Of a stretch of DNA of 64,000 nucleotides, positions 12,252 through 24,659 are shown piece by piece. The DNA lies in NCBI GenBank assembly GCA_036172245.1, contig JAYWIR010000002.1, forward strand, positions 3,906,001 through 3,970,000, read 5' to 3'. The DNA comes from Raillietiella orientalis. Lineage: Eukaryota. Under the pieces are notes generated by a model. The model searched no databases. It saw only the letters and a program-made list of their open reading frames with translations, and was not told where the DNA came from. Within the stretch, counting starts at the first letter, position 1. The number at the start of each line of letters is the position of its first letter. The position numbers were made by a program, and so were the translations under genes.

Positions 12252-15200
12252 TTACTCGTCTGTAGTGAAGTGAGAATTTTTCTTCCAGATCTGAGTAACT
12301 ATCTCTAAGCTGGAATGGTGAGTATCAGTTCGGGAGTCCAGCTTCAAGGAAACACTGTTTTCTTCTTGCTGGTGGCCATTTTCGGTTTGGCAGCTGAATG
12401 CTATGTTCTTGGAAGAGGACAACGAGGCGAAATCGTTGGGAGCTTCCGGTGACCTGGACTCCTTCCGTATCACGGGTGATTTCTCACGAGTGTTTTTTGG
12501 ATCGTCTTTCCGGAGGTTGGTTGTTTTTTCGATCCACTCTTTGGCTTTCAGGGAGCTTTTGCCTTTGGGATGGCTGGGCGCAACTTCACGCGTATCGGGA
12601 TGAGTGTTTAACTGATTCTGTAGCATAACCAACGCTTCGAACGCGGATTTCCAAATTTCGTTGTTGCCACTTCCGGTGCACTGCAACGGTTGCTCTGATA
12701 CAGTCGCCTGAGAAGACGACGACGTTGTTTCTGGATGCTTGTTTTGGGGCTCTTTGGCAGGGATGTCCGCTGCCTTGGCAGACGCAAGGCAGCTGCTGGA
12801 GAACTCTTCCCCAAGAGTTAGCTTGGAATTCAACGAGTCCAAAGTCTGCAGCACCACATCCAGTTTGCAGAATTCTTTAGATTTTTGACTAGAAGCTATA
12901 GGAACATCGTAATGACCGGGCTGCATGTATTCGGAGACCAGAGGAGGATATCCATGGGGTTTGGTATCTATGTAGTTTTTGCCTACGTAGTTTTCGTCAT
13001 AAAAAGAGATGAGTGCAGAATCGTTGTCTGAATAGATCTCCTTCTGAGAAACCTCTTGATAATCCTTTTCTGCACAGTGTTCCACAGAGTGCCTGCTGCT
13101 TTTTCTCTGGTACCTCTGTTTCTTTCCGGAAGAACTGTACTTGTGAATGCAGTGGACGCATTTTTCATACTCTGCAGACCCTCCGTGGACATCGCTCGTG
13201 CTGCGGTCCATCGAGCCTTCTGATCTGTTGTAAAGGTAGGACTGATAGTTGCGATGCCTGTTCCCGTATCTGGATGCGTCTTCGGGATTGGCGAAATTGC
13301 TCTTACACCTTTCGTAATTCGTATTCCTTTTCGTTCGGTACGCTTGCTTCACGTCTTTTGCGGTGTTCTTGTGCCTAAAATTGCTCGAGTAGCATTCGTG
13401 GAATGTGTCGCAGGAGTTATGGGAGGACAGAGACCGATCGTATTTGAATTGTTCTTTTAGGTAAATAAAGCAGTTCTGAGTCACTTCGGGAAAAGACTCC
13501 ATCTTGGAGTTTGCGTTCGTGCTGCTCGGAAACAGGCTCTTGTTTTGCTCGTATTCATTCTTCGTGGCATCTTTGTGGCTTAGGGGCTTGTCAGACGCAA
13601 GAAAACCGTGCTGAAGCTGACTTTCTGAACAGTTTTTACTGTTGTCTGCATTCTGAGAGAACACGCACGAGGAATGGATATTGCATTTATAATATTCGCT
13701 GTTACTTGCAGGAAGTTCTTTCACATAGTCGATCAAGATTTCCTTTCCTTTGCTCATATTCGCTTGTTCCTCAAAAAGGTTCGGGGAGACATATTTGCTG
13801 CCCACGTTGCAGCATTCGTAATCGAAATTATCGAAATGAATTTGATCATCGCACAAGAAACTGTTCAGAGGGTGGAAGCCGTTCTGGGAATGATAATTTG
13901 GTTTTGGTACGCTCTGTATCCTGGAACTCACTTTCTGATGAAATGAGAGGCACGGTTTTTCGTAGCTCATGAACTTGTTGAAACTGTTACACCTATCCTT
14001 GATTAGGCTGGTGAGCGGTTTCAGGCGTTCCGGGACGAAATTCTCTTCATAAAGAACCTCCGGAGTCGGAGGAGAATTCGGAATTGCTTGAACGTTTTCC
14101 AATTCCTTCAGCTGCTCTTTGAAAACTTGGATGCATTCCTTTAATAAGTTCCGAGAATCTTCGCTGTTCGTCGCTTCGTATGTGGCTTTCGTCTGGATGA
14201 AGATGGAAAACGTGTCGAGTAGTCGTTTCGCCAGAGAAATAATGTACTCTTTGCGCTGAGAACCACTTTCCAGCAAAGAATCTCTTCCAGAAGATTGCGT
14301 ACGAACAATTACAGACAAAAGATTTTCAATGAAGCCAGACATGTTGAAACATTTACTCTCGGCACAGCCTTCTTTGGGCACCAGAAGTGCACTGCATGGT
14401 TTGCTCCCGTCTACTTTGCTCTCTTGAACTTCGCTGATGATGCTCTCTTTCTCAATGAGGGCTTCATTCTTGGATTGATCAAATGCTGATGCGATGTTGG
14501 TGCAAATGCCGTTTCCTGTTTGGGAGGAACTCAGTACTTGCAAATTTTCTGTAGGAATGCACATTTTCGTTAGTCCTGGAGGATTATTGTTGTGGTGAGC
14601 GAGATCAGTCTCATCTGAAGATTCCTGGCTTTGGCTGTACAATTTGGTCTGCTTCGATTCTTCTTCTGTGTATCGAAGATTGTCTGGCTGCTGAGAATCA
14701 CAGAACACGCTTAGGTGAGGACAAAAGTCTGCATTCGTAAAGCTGTGTCTATTGGAATGTGCTTTCTCTTTCAGTTGAGAGTACACGTCGGACGTGCTGC
14801 TGCAGATCTTCGGGATAGTGGATGACTCGGCAGAAATGACGCAGTGATCGGCGGATAAATCCGTGGGAATGTTTTCCGATTCGTATGACGTGCATGAATT
14901 TGCAGATAATTTCAGGTTTGTATCATTCCCGCTTGAGTCGTCTCCCTTTCTCACAGAGAATATTTCATCCACAGAGATAACAGAATGATGCTGGGAAAAG
15001 TTCCCCCTTTTATTCTTCTGTCTAAAGCTCTTCTGGGAGTAGTGTTCTTTCGTCTTTTTAGGGTGATTCTTCTCATTTTGCAGAGTCCTATCCAAGGACC
15101 GAAAGACGCCTGTTCTGTGCTGACACTTTTCCCGATTATCTCCAAGATTTTGATTGCTGCCTTCACATGAGGACGCCTGCTTATGGAAAGACATGGTCAT

Positions 15201-15578
15201 TTTGCTGCGTTTCTTTCGACTAGTGAGCAGATCTGCTGCAACTGATTTGGCCTTCAAGCACAGACTATCGTTCGGAAAATTCTGAAGGTCATTAGGAATG
15301 ATATTTTTGGAAGACGAGCCAGCAGAAAGGGTTAATGACTGAGGAAAAATATTCGCAATCTTCAGAACTGCATTCTCGATAGTATCTTGACTCACAGCAA
15401 TCGTTCGAGTAATTACATCTCCAGTTTCCACATTAATGGGACCCAAGAGAGATGGACTGCAATTGCTTGAATGTACATCTCTGCTGTTGAAGAGTTCCTT
15501 TTCATGAATGAGTGGGACAGATGGTTGAAGGAACATAGAACCATATCTAAAAAGCGACTGCTGTTTTTCAAAATGCAA
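12252..15578 (-). CDS. Long Ser/Glu/Lys/Asn-rich ORF (about 1100 aa); probably a giant exon or intronless orphan gene, no recognisable domain
   Basis: The frame is stop-free for 3.3 kb and stays open to about 15689; the first ATG is at 15536. At moderate GC this length is far beyond chance. The composition is biased toward predicted disorder, with a helical block (IENLLSVIVR...LLKECIQVFKEQLKELEN). The terminal TAA lies inside a possible donor, GA|GTAAGA, at 12256/12255. Confidence 0.8.
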   Translation of the reverse strand: MHFEKQQSLFRYGSMFLQPSVPLIHEKELFNSRDVHSSNCSPSLLGPINVETGDVITRTIAVSQDTIENAVLKIANIFPQSLTLSAGSSSKNIIPNDLQNFPNDSLCLKAKSVAADLLTSRKKRSKMTMSFHKQASSCEGSNQNLGDNREKCQHRTGVFRSLDRTLQNEKNHPKKTKEHYSQKSFRQKNKRGNFSQHHSVISVDEIFSVRKGDDSSGNDTNLKLSANSCTSYESENIPTDLSADHCVISAESSTIPKICSSTSDVYSQLKEKAHSNRHSFTNADFCPHLSVFCDSQQPDNLRYTEEESKQTKLYSQSQESSDETDLAHHNNNPPGLTKMCIPTENLQVLSSSQTGNGICTNIASAFDQSKNEALIEKESIISEVQESKVDGSKPCSALLVPKEGCAESKCFNMSGFIENLLSVIVRTQSSGRDSLLESGSQRKEYIISLAKRLLDTFSIFIQTKATYEATNSEDSRNLLKECIQVFKEQLKELENVQAIPNSPPTPEVLYEENFVPERLKPLTSLIKDRCNSFNKFMSYEKPCLSFHQKVSSRIQSVPKPNYHSQNGFHPLNSFLCDDQIHFDNFDYECCNVGSKYVSPNLFEEQANMSKGKEILIDYVKELPASNSEYYKCNIHSSCVFSQNADNSKNCSESQLQHGFLASDKPLSHKDATKNEYEQNKSLFPSSTNANSKMESFPEVTQNCFIYLKEQFKYDRSLSSHNSCDTFHECYSSNFRHKNTAKDVKQAYRTKRNTNYERCKSNFANPEDASRYGNRHRNYQSYLYNRSEGSMDRSTSDVHGGSAEYEKCVHCIHKYSSSGKKQRYQRKSSRHSVEHCAEKDYQEVSQKEIYSDNDSALISFYDENYVGKNYIDTKPHGYPPLVSEYMQPGHYDVPIASSQKSKEFCKLDVVLQTLDSLNSKLTLGEEFSSSCLASAKAADIPAKEPQNKHPETTSSSSQATVSEQPLQCTGSGNNEIWKSAFEALVMLQNQLNTHPDTREVAPSHPKGKSSLKAKEWIEKTTNLRKDDPKNTREKSPVIRKESRSPEAPNDFASLSSSKNIAFSCQTENGHQQEENSVSLKLDSRTDTHHSSLEIVTQIWKKNSHFTTDE

Positions 15579-15719
15579 CTGGGAACATTCTATATCAAAG
15601 TTTTTTTTTCTTTTTTCTTTTGAATAGACTGCACAGCTTTCGACAAGGCAAGCACTAACAGTACAAAAAATCGAATCTCTAAATGCATTTTAGATTCAAA
15701 TACCATTTTTTCCATATAA

Positions 15720-17460
15720 ACCTAAAATTAAACTTGAAAACATTTCCGTATTTGTTAGCATTTCGCTCGAGTTTAATCTGCTCTGTGTTTTCTAAGACAT
15801 TGCCGTACTGCTCACTCGATATACTACAACCGATCTACAACTATTTATTCTTCTGACTTTCTCTACGACTGTTCAAATAGCCCGCATCAAAGTTCACGCT
15901 CTTAGATTAGACAGTTGGCAATGTTTCGAATGCGTTCCCCCGCCAACCCTTTTTTCTCTTGAAGAAGAAATTTACGCTGGTTGAACAGTGAGCTCCTCTC
16001 GATGTTCTAGAAGGCTTGCAATCGTGTGTTTTCCCTTTCTTGATCAATTTCATCATTTGCCCTGGAACCTTTTCTAGGAGGCTGTGCTGGCGAGTGCTGC
16101 TTCAAATTTTCCCTCCCTTGCTATAAAACACCGTTACACGTGGAAGAAACATCGAACGAAGATCACGCCAACCATTCCTGCCAGCGGGAGCGAAACCGGG
16201 ATTTCCACAGGAGCAACGCTACTGGAGTTGGATGTATGCTGGCCAGTTAGAATGTGATATCGGCTCGATGGAAATGGAAAAAGGCTAGTTTCTTGGAACA
16301 GCAGCCTGTTGAAAGGCATCATTTGCGACGATGGTCGAGTAGGCTGTTTGTAGATAGGATAATGATGGACCACGTGAGTATTACTGGTGATAGTAACAGT
16401 GGACAGTGTTGCTGGAGATCAAAAACCCCTGTCTTGGTTTTACGGTTGTGCTGTATAGATCCCTAACTGGACGCAGGTATTTCAGCATCTACTTAACCTA
16501 AAGGCAATGTTCAAGGTCAACCACGCATTCTTTAAATAGAAGGAAATAAGCGCCACATTCCCACCAGTGGGATGAACAATCTCATCGTTTGAAGAAATGT
16601 GAATCGCAGCTGTGAATACCGTAGAAAGATAAAAAAATACACTCCATAATTTGCAATTATTGGTCTCTACTTTGAGATTCTCAACATTTTTGCACGACAA
16701 CTACAAGGATGGTGTAATGGATTCGTCACACTGACATCAGTGTGTCTTTCACATATGTATGTGGATATGTGTATTTCGGGAAAGTAAAAGACAAGAATTC
16801 TCAGCAGACCTTCATCTCAATAAAATACTAAAAGAATTTTTGGAGTGCCATTTTATTTTCTAAAGTATAACCAGAGAAAGACAACCAGCACACCAAGACT
16901 CATTTGTCAGTTACTGCCCTTATCTAAAAATAATTCTCGTAAAAACGGGACACATAACATCTGACACTTGATAGTATTCATTTGTTTATGACCTTTAAGC
17001 AACCTATTAGCAAGACTAATGACCTTGAAGATGACCTTGCCTGGTGATCGTTTGGATGGTAGGGGGAGAAATGAGCTAGAATTTTGAAACTGAAACTTGG
17101 TTGCAAATCTGTTACAAGAGCAGATGAACTAAATCTTGGATATCTCAAGTTATCGATACAAATTATTTGTAAAGACAATACAATAAAAAATCCTTAATAT
17201 GGATATGAAACTCTGGGTTCCTATGATTCCTACTTTGGTACATTGCTGGGAACTCGTTACAAACAAAGTTCCTTGTCTTTCTGTACAATCTTGTGAACCA
17301 ACTTGAATGCGAATAGACCAAATGCACAGCATTGAAAATCAGGAAGCGAAAAGTTTCGGAACCATCCTCTGCCCGAAAGCAGCAGCATTCTCATCCAACG
17401 AATGCTATTTAACCTGAGGCATAGCGACATTCAGTAAGCTGATCTCTTTTGAATTCTTGA
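15720..17460 (-). mobile_element. Degenerate LINE ORF2 fragment (RT core and downstream region)
   Basis: Minus-strand traces LPDFQCCAFG (like LDF.KAFD), ITRQG, NLKVETNNCKL (like L..N..K), LKNAWLTLN (like VKNLGVTLD) and LLSPVILTW, with many stops and frameshifts. Confidence 0.35.
16691..16733. repeat. Short dispersed direct repeat, copy 1 (copy 2 at about 18263-18305)
   Basis: TGCACGACAACTACAAGGATGGTG is identical in both copies. It continues TAATGGATTC..CACACT in copy 1 and CGATGGATTC..CACACT in copy 2. Confidence 0.9.
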
Positions 17461-18199
17461 AGCAACAAACATACTTTGTTTATGATCAATCAACAGCGTT
17501 CTGTCAATTGAAAATGACACCAGAAAAGTCATATGGAACATCACTAGCGAAAGGTGTCGAAAAGTTCAAATTAAGCCATCACAGAGTGTGTAATATTTTA
17601 ACCACCCAAAAATGTTTATTATTATAAAATTCATAATTTTATTATTTGAAAAACTAGATTTTATTTTCATCGGATTGATGGATCGAGTGCAAAGGTTCTG
17701 AACCAATCAGTGTAATGGACTAAGGTGAGGAAATTAAAACAGAGCAAATACATCACGCAGTCGGGAAGGATATATAAGTGGTAAAATTTAAATTCATGCA
17801 TAGATACCTTAAAACTTGGTTTGAAGTCATCGCGCTTTCGTTTAATTAATTTCAAAGGTCCTAAACGATTTGTTCATCGCATTTGACCCCATAAGTTTTC
17901 CACGTTTCTTACGTTTACAGTTTCTCATGCCCCCGTGACTTCTCTTAAGCTTTTTATGTTTTAACCAGTAAACGAATCGAATCCAATTTGATAATTCAAT
18001 TAGAAACTCTAATCTCGATAGCTAGTAACTTCTTTTCGTTGCACAGACTTTTTTTATTGATATTTAGCACCCTTTCTTATCCCTCACGCTAAACGCTGAG
18101 GACATTTCAGATAGCCACCCTTCATATTCCTTAACAGACCCTCTGTGGCACTCTTAAGGAATGTAAGTATACAAGTATCTGTATAAGTATTTTGCTACA

Positions 18200-20460
18200 C
18201 TGTGTCTCCAACAAGCATCAACACATTTATACACGTATGTACGGCGCTGCTAACACATTATCTGCACGACAACTACAAGGATGGTGCGATGGATTCACGC
18301 ACACTAGCTTAAAAATGTATCATTCCCATCGATTCAGATGTGAAAAGTTTTCCAAATGGTTCGCATTGCCGGAGGGGGACCTCTGTGAAAACTGCCCATG
18401 AGAAGATTCCTCCACAGAAGAAGCTCGCCCGTTGCGGTAGTCTGCAAGCGTTTGAGCTGAGTGGTAGTGTCTGCAGCTCCCCCAGTTCGCTTCTCTTCTT
18501 AAAAGATGCCATTTGCAAAAAGTGAGCCAGAAACAGAGTTCTTGTTGGAGAGTGTTGTTCAGCCCATGGCTCATTTTTGGGCGGAAGGCTCGACATTTTC
18601 GGACGCGTCTGAAACGGTCGAAAAATCTTTCCTTCGAAAGTTGTTTACAGTGTTGTCTCCACTGTATGTCTCGCTTGCTCATCAGTAAAAAAAGAAAGAA
18701 AGAAGGAAAAGAAAAGAAAGAAGAATAAACACTGATACAAGGCGATAACGTTGAAATTCTTGTTCTTTCATTGGACTTTCCATTCGGTGATCCCAATTTT
18801 TGTTCTACAGTCTCGATACGAGGAGTCTTCAGAGTAGTGGGTAAAGCGGGTGAAAGGTGGGAGTATCTTCGATATTTTTGGTCACAATCTAAGATATCTT
18901 TAGCAAACGTGCCTTGGGCTTACTAAAGAATCACCTCAGAAACTACTGCCGTTGCCCTTAGATAAGGCACAACTTTGTGTAAGAGTACATGAGCAAGTAT
19001 GCGGTTATCTGCCAGACGAAACGGATGAGATTCAAAGCACTGCTCCAACTGCATCTGCACATCGTTTCTTCATGAAACAATTCTTCATTTGAAACTAGAG
19101 TACTCGTCGATTTCTTCCTCATCGCGTTTCAGTTTACCATCCTTGTCTGTTCATTCGAGTTCAAATAAAATGCGAATTAGGTGAGTAAAAACTCACATCT
19201 TTCTTGAAGAGATGGTCCGTGGCTGGGCATCACTTTTTTTCATACTTTCGTCGAATGAGTCGTCGAATACTCTTTTGCGACTTTCCTTGTCTTAGGTGTC
19301 AATGCATCCTTTCAGTTTCTCTGTTTTCTTGGTTTACCTTGATGGATTTTCTAACGAATGATTGCCAATGAGATGAGAGACTCATAGGAACACCTTCTCA
19401 TTCGATGCCAACTTGCTTTGTAGTAGTCAATGTGTTACTGGATAGTTAAATCTTTAAAATCATTGCACTGAATTTTTACTTGAGAGTGATGAATCTGCTG
19501 AGTATTGACCTTTAAATCTAAAATCTATCTAATTGTAAGGCGAACTTTTCTAATTGCTCCGAAATATTTTTTCCAAGATTTCAGAAAAGTATTTAGATAG
19601 TTGTGATGCACTCGTTCACATCTACCTACTCATAAACGTTGATCAGAATGTTGCGAATAATAGAGTTGGTTTTGGTATCGAACTCACAATGAAGTTCGTT
19701 TTATGATTTATAATCTTCATCGACCTTCATAAGCAATATTTAATTCTGCTTTCATTTCTTTCTTTCCTTTTCTGTTGAAGATCTCATTCTTACCTTACAA
19801 GCAAATGGTTCGTATTTATGCACTTCTTCTGACAGTCTTCATTTGATCTTCAGAATCGAAAGTTTCAAGGATCTGGTCAATTTTCCAAAAACAAGAAAAG
19901 AAAAATACTAGCTTGTAGATGAACGTGGGCTTCTGCAACTCTCAATTAGGTCATGTACGAATTTATTTCCGTATGAGCTCACTAGAAGCTCTATGAACTG
20001 CAGAAATCGGAATTCTCTGCAACTATGCTGCATCTGGTTCATGTATCCGTTATGTAAAGTGATGCAAGTTCTTCGAAACCATAGTTCATGAACCTGTTCC
20101 ATGATCCTGGACAAAGCAAACTAAATCTCAGCTTTTGCTTTGCACAATTTCCAAATGTCCGTCGAGTTCCATTCCAGTGGACAGAACTTCGAACTTATAC
20201 GAGGATATCAATGGCCTTCTTACAAGCATTCAAACGTTGGCTCACGAATTCCTGTTTTCATCATAGATCATCATCGTGCTCAAGTACTTTTAATTCCAAA
20301 ATGGTGTTTGTCACGCATGTTATGGACCTTTAGAATGTCATTTCCTTGAATAACGATAAAAATATTGAGTAAACGTTTTCAGCATCCATGAATTGAGGTT
20401 TGGTATCGTTTCTCACAGTTCTTGTTTTCTCCTGAGAACTTGAATCAAGCATACAATATT
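18200..20460 (-). mobile_element. Degenerate AT-rich LINE ORF2 fossil (linker plus RT)
   Basis: Colinear minus-strand motifs with roughly canonical spacing: IRRLIRRK (19260), LSKGNGSS (18960), LPTTLKTPRI (18840), QRYRLVSV (18745, like NYRPISL), NNFRRK (18640, like GFR), FLAHFLQMASF (18525, like FLD..KAF), QRSPSG (18385, like QGS.LG) and RADNVL (18265, like YADD). Confidence 0.55.
18263..18305. repeat. Short dispersed direct repeat, copy 2
   Basis: 24-nt exact match plus a near-match extension to the copy at 16691-16733. Confidence 0.9.
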
Positions 20461-20521
20461 TAAGAACAAATCAGAGTATCCATAGGGATCATTCCGGGCT
20501 CGTTGGAATAGTTTTCCACGC

Positions 20522-21910
20522 ATGTCGGGTATAACATACAATACGCCTTACGGTGCCACTATTGGAAGGCCATTTTCCTGGTTGAAAATTACGCAAAGAA
20601 AACCAAGAAAGCACGTGAAAAATAGCAAACCGACAAGTAAAGCAGAACGAGACAACAGGAATACCCTGGGCTGGTGCAGAAAACAAAGTGCATCATATGA
20701 AGCAGATGTTTTACTCCGACTTTTCACGGTAATCTTGCATGAAAAATTCTCAAGATTTCAAGAGAGACACTATGAGCTTCGTTTCCCTGGTTACGGCTCT
20801 CTCTACTCTAACACATCATCAATCCGTACGGGGACTATTCGAACTCTCGATCTTCCAAAAGAGCGCGGATTTAAAGGACGACGTCATTTCGGGAATTGAT
20901 TTCATTGATTGAATCCTTGAATTGGCTCACAATGATTAAATCGATTCATTTGGTTCGAGAATGCAATCACTTCCTTTTCGTGAAAGAAATCATCCCGGCT
21001 TCCAATGTCTAGTTCCAACGACTCAACGAGTACACTTGTGTCTGTTCCAGTCACACTTGGAAATAATTTTTTCCAACATCTGGAAATCCAATTATATTCT
21101 TAATTGCTGCATTCTAGTTTCCACCATATTAATAATCAACTCACAATTGCCGAAGATGCATTGGCATACACCATGGACTAGGAAGCACCCCCAAAGCTCA
21201 GAATGCATCCCGAGTGTACTCACGTACAATGCATGCACCCCTGTAGGGAAATCAAATTGCACACTGCGTGTTCATTTACTCCTTCCCCCCCCCCCCCCTC
21301 AAAGAAAACATCCACACCTTACACAGCACATTGCTTTCGTTCGACCCAAGCAAGAATCTTTCCCATTTCATGTATCGAATTGCGGTTCCATTGCAGTTTG
21401 GGTTACCCAGACAGCAACCCATCTTTCTGAAAGTGAATTACCTAAGTACCTATAGTTTTAAAGGTGCTGACAGTGCTAACACTAGTGTGTCAGGAGACAG
21501 ACACCTCGGACTTTGTGCAACGAACTCGAAGGCTGCGTGTTCATCCCACTTTTTGTATTCACTTTTCATACTCGTGCCACATCTCCAGCCTTTCGGTTTG
21601 CAAACCATTTCAAACCAAGTTATTCGCTGCCAAGTTGTGCACTGCCAAATGCCAACCCTTTCCTCGAAATTAAAATAATACAAGATAAAGTGGAAATGCA
21701 TTCGTGTCCGAGGAGGACATTTCTGTGGCTTGGAAACTGCTTGGTGTTTTCTTGGTCCTTCCTAACGGGAATCATGTTCTTCTTGAAATTTCCTGCAAAT
21801 TTCTGTTCACGGGAATGATTCGGGGTTCGACTCCATGGAAGTCCTTTTTGACCAGAAATCGAAGTTTTGCCGATTTTCGAAAGCTTCCTGTTCTTTGTGT
21901 TTTACTATGA
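20522..21910 (+). mobile_element. Degenerate AT-rich LINE ORF2 fossil (endonuclease plus RT start)
   Basis: TLGWCR...VILHE...ELRFPGY resembles LQWNCR...LQET...IPGY. PFGLQTISNQ resembles PGPDGI.N. ISVAWKLLGVFLVLPNG and FLTRNRSFADFRK resemble RT domains 1-2. Confidence 0.5.
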
Positions 21911-23822
21911 ACGTAATTTTTTTTAACCCTTTCCAAACGATCTTTTGAATCAATCAGGATAAATCACACTATCCTACGTGATTTATTCTGCGTCATACAA
22001 TAATCTTGTTTGAATTTAGAAAACATCCTCGCAAAAAAAAAGAGAAGGAAGGGAGGGGGGGGGGAGGACACTCTATGACGTATGCAGTGGGATACTTTTT
22101 GCGAATCAAACGCAAAAGGGGGAGAGAGAAGCACGGAAACAGATTACTTTTTGATTTCATCGGAAAGAGAAGCTGCATTGAAAATTCACCCGCTCACTTC
22201 GATTCATTTGAGTTAGTATTCACATTTACTCAAAAGCTGCTCATCGGGTCTGAGCAAAAATGCGACAATTCGAATAGACAGTTAAACACTTTTTCAACAA
22301 CCCCCCTGACCCCGCTCATAATTCATAATTCTTTTTCCCCTATTTTAGAACACTTCCGTGGAGGTTTGTAAAGCAGTGCAAGCAAGATGGAAAATTTATA
22401 GAACATGAACCCGTCTAAAGCACCTTATAGCTAGAGCTACACAGCAGTTGGCAAGTTTAGAACGATAGTTTTGAAGTCGTCTTACTTTTTTTTGGAACCA
22501 TAGTTTTCAGTCATATTGGAACTGTGAAACTAACTATTGCTTGATGCCGAAGACCGATAAGCATGCGTACCAGAACGTGAAACATGGGGAAACTTGGAAT
22601 TCGAGATCCACAGAATCTTGCGAAATCCTCATCTTCCAACTCGATTTCATGCTAGAATTCCGAGACAATAGCGAGCGCGTGGCCGACATTGTTGTTTTGT
22701 TTCCAAGGCAACGCGAAATGATGCAGGGGAACGAATCTTTCGATCTGATTTTCCTTCCAAAATCAAATAAAGAGATTCGAAAAGAGAAAAAATGCTGACA
22801 GCAATAAGTTGCATAGCAGAAGAAAGTCGTTCGTTTTTATCGCTGCATTCCATGCAGGGAAGAGATTCTCCCTCCACATCGCGTGGTTGCCACGACTTGC
22901 TTTTCTTAATGCTCAGTTTGATACGCCAGGTAAGCATCACCATCTTTTGTCACAGCTGCTCAGATTCCAACTCATTTGAATTCATGCTTTTTCACGTGAT
23001 ATTTGATATAGTAACAACACTGAAAATGTGGGCAGATTCAGCATGCCCTAATCCGCTGCACAATTTCACAATTCTTTTTATAGGTTTAAATCCCGTAAAC
23101 TGTAAATTTGTTTGGCTGTTCAGTATGTGGGATTTTCCAAGCTGTTGTACTGTATTTACATATCAATTATTTTGTAGGTTTCATGCATAGTATGAGAAAT
23201 TATTGCATCGATCATATTCCATTTTTCCACGCACCCCCCTTTCCCCAATTTTTTTTTTTTTTTGACAAATCATTGTTTCATGCTCCTTAATGAGTTTTTC
23301 ATTTATTCTGATAAGATCATAACATTCGAAAATACTTTTAAAAAACTGTCTACAGTGTAAGTATTTGATTTACTGGAATGAAGAATCTGTGGTATAATGT
23401 TCTAGACTATTTTGTTTTGTGGAGTATCTTAATTGCTTTAATTCCCTTAAATTTCCTGTGCTGATTGCAAAGATTCAGTTTCTTAGTGCTTATTACTTTT
23501 TTTTAGGTTTGTAGTAGATGAATAATTCACTCTGATTTCCCGTGATTGTGATTGCCCCTGTGAAACTTTGTCACCTGGAAATGGTAAAAGCGAATTACTT
23601 TGGATTAGAGTTTCAAGATACAATCTACAGATGTCTAGAGAATCTTTAGAAAGCTCATGAACTTCTACTCTTTTGATTAAACCATTGAGTTCATTATATT
23701 TGCATATCCAGTGCACCGTGTACCATTTTGCTTAAGTCAGTATATTCATTTCGAACAGGCTGTTCCTCATTTAAAAGCTTCCACAGGGTATGAACGTTTA
23801 CTGTTTGCTAATGTTTACTATC

Positions 23823-23853
23823 TTACAGGGTATTCTTTGAGAATACCCTGTAA
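23823..23853. repeat. Perfect 14-bp inverted repeat, TA-CAGGGT...ACCCTG-TA; possible collapsed Tc1/mariner-type MITE
   Basis: TTACAGGGTATTCT-TTG-AGAATACCCTGTAA. It extends to 19 bp with one mismatch. Confidence 0.6.
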
Positions 23854-24659
23854 AATAGGGGAAAAAAATATCGAACAAATTGCTTAAACAATCCAACCGT
23901 AGCACAATTGCGGCAGAGTTTTCCATTTGTGACTTAATTTTGATTTCCAATTTCCTGGATTTATGCGACACGTAAGCGAAAGTAAAAAAAAAAAAAAAAA
24001 AAAAATGGCTGAAAATCGCAGAACCTGTTGAAAGATAAGTTTATTTTGCTGAATGCAAGTTGAGTTGTCCCGTTACATTTTTGAACCTGTCAGGGTAATG
24101 CAAGAATTCGAAATTCAAACTTCAACAACTTACTGGATTGTGTGCATCAGCATTGGTGAGCATGGTCGATGAAGATGAAGATGGCACGTTGGATGATGAA
24201 GATGGAAAAAAAAAAAAATTCCAGAACCAGAAGCTTCCCTTGCAGTGACACGCACAAAGAAAAGGAGTGCCGGACCCTATAGAAAAGTTAAGTTAATCTG
24301 CAGAAAATGATTCCAAACAATATGATTAGGTCTACAGCTTACAGGGAACATTTAAGGTCTCGAACTTGTAAGTATGGACTTGGTTCGTCAACATGTGGCA
24401 AGGCCAACAGTATCAACCTGTTATGCCGTTAATGATGAAGCTAAACACAAATTGCAGAATAGATATGTGATTTCATAAGGTCCTAGAGATAGGATAATAG
24501 GATCAGAAGAAATCTGGTGTGAAGGTTCGTGATTGTATCGCAAAAAATGGACTTCCCTAAGCTCCAACATCTCAGAAGCTCGAAAACCTGAGTCGTTATA
24601 GTAAGATATGTACAAAAAGATGTAGCTTCCTCATCTTGTTACTGGACAAATCCTGGCTC

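Noticed and set aside
21823-21850. GGTTCGACTCC B-box followed by a T run (Pol III gene?)
   Set aside because: No A box or cloverleaf, and it lies within a LINE RT fossil frame.
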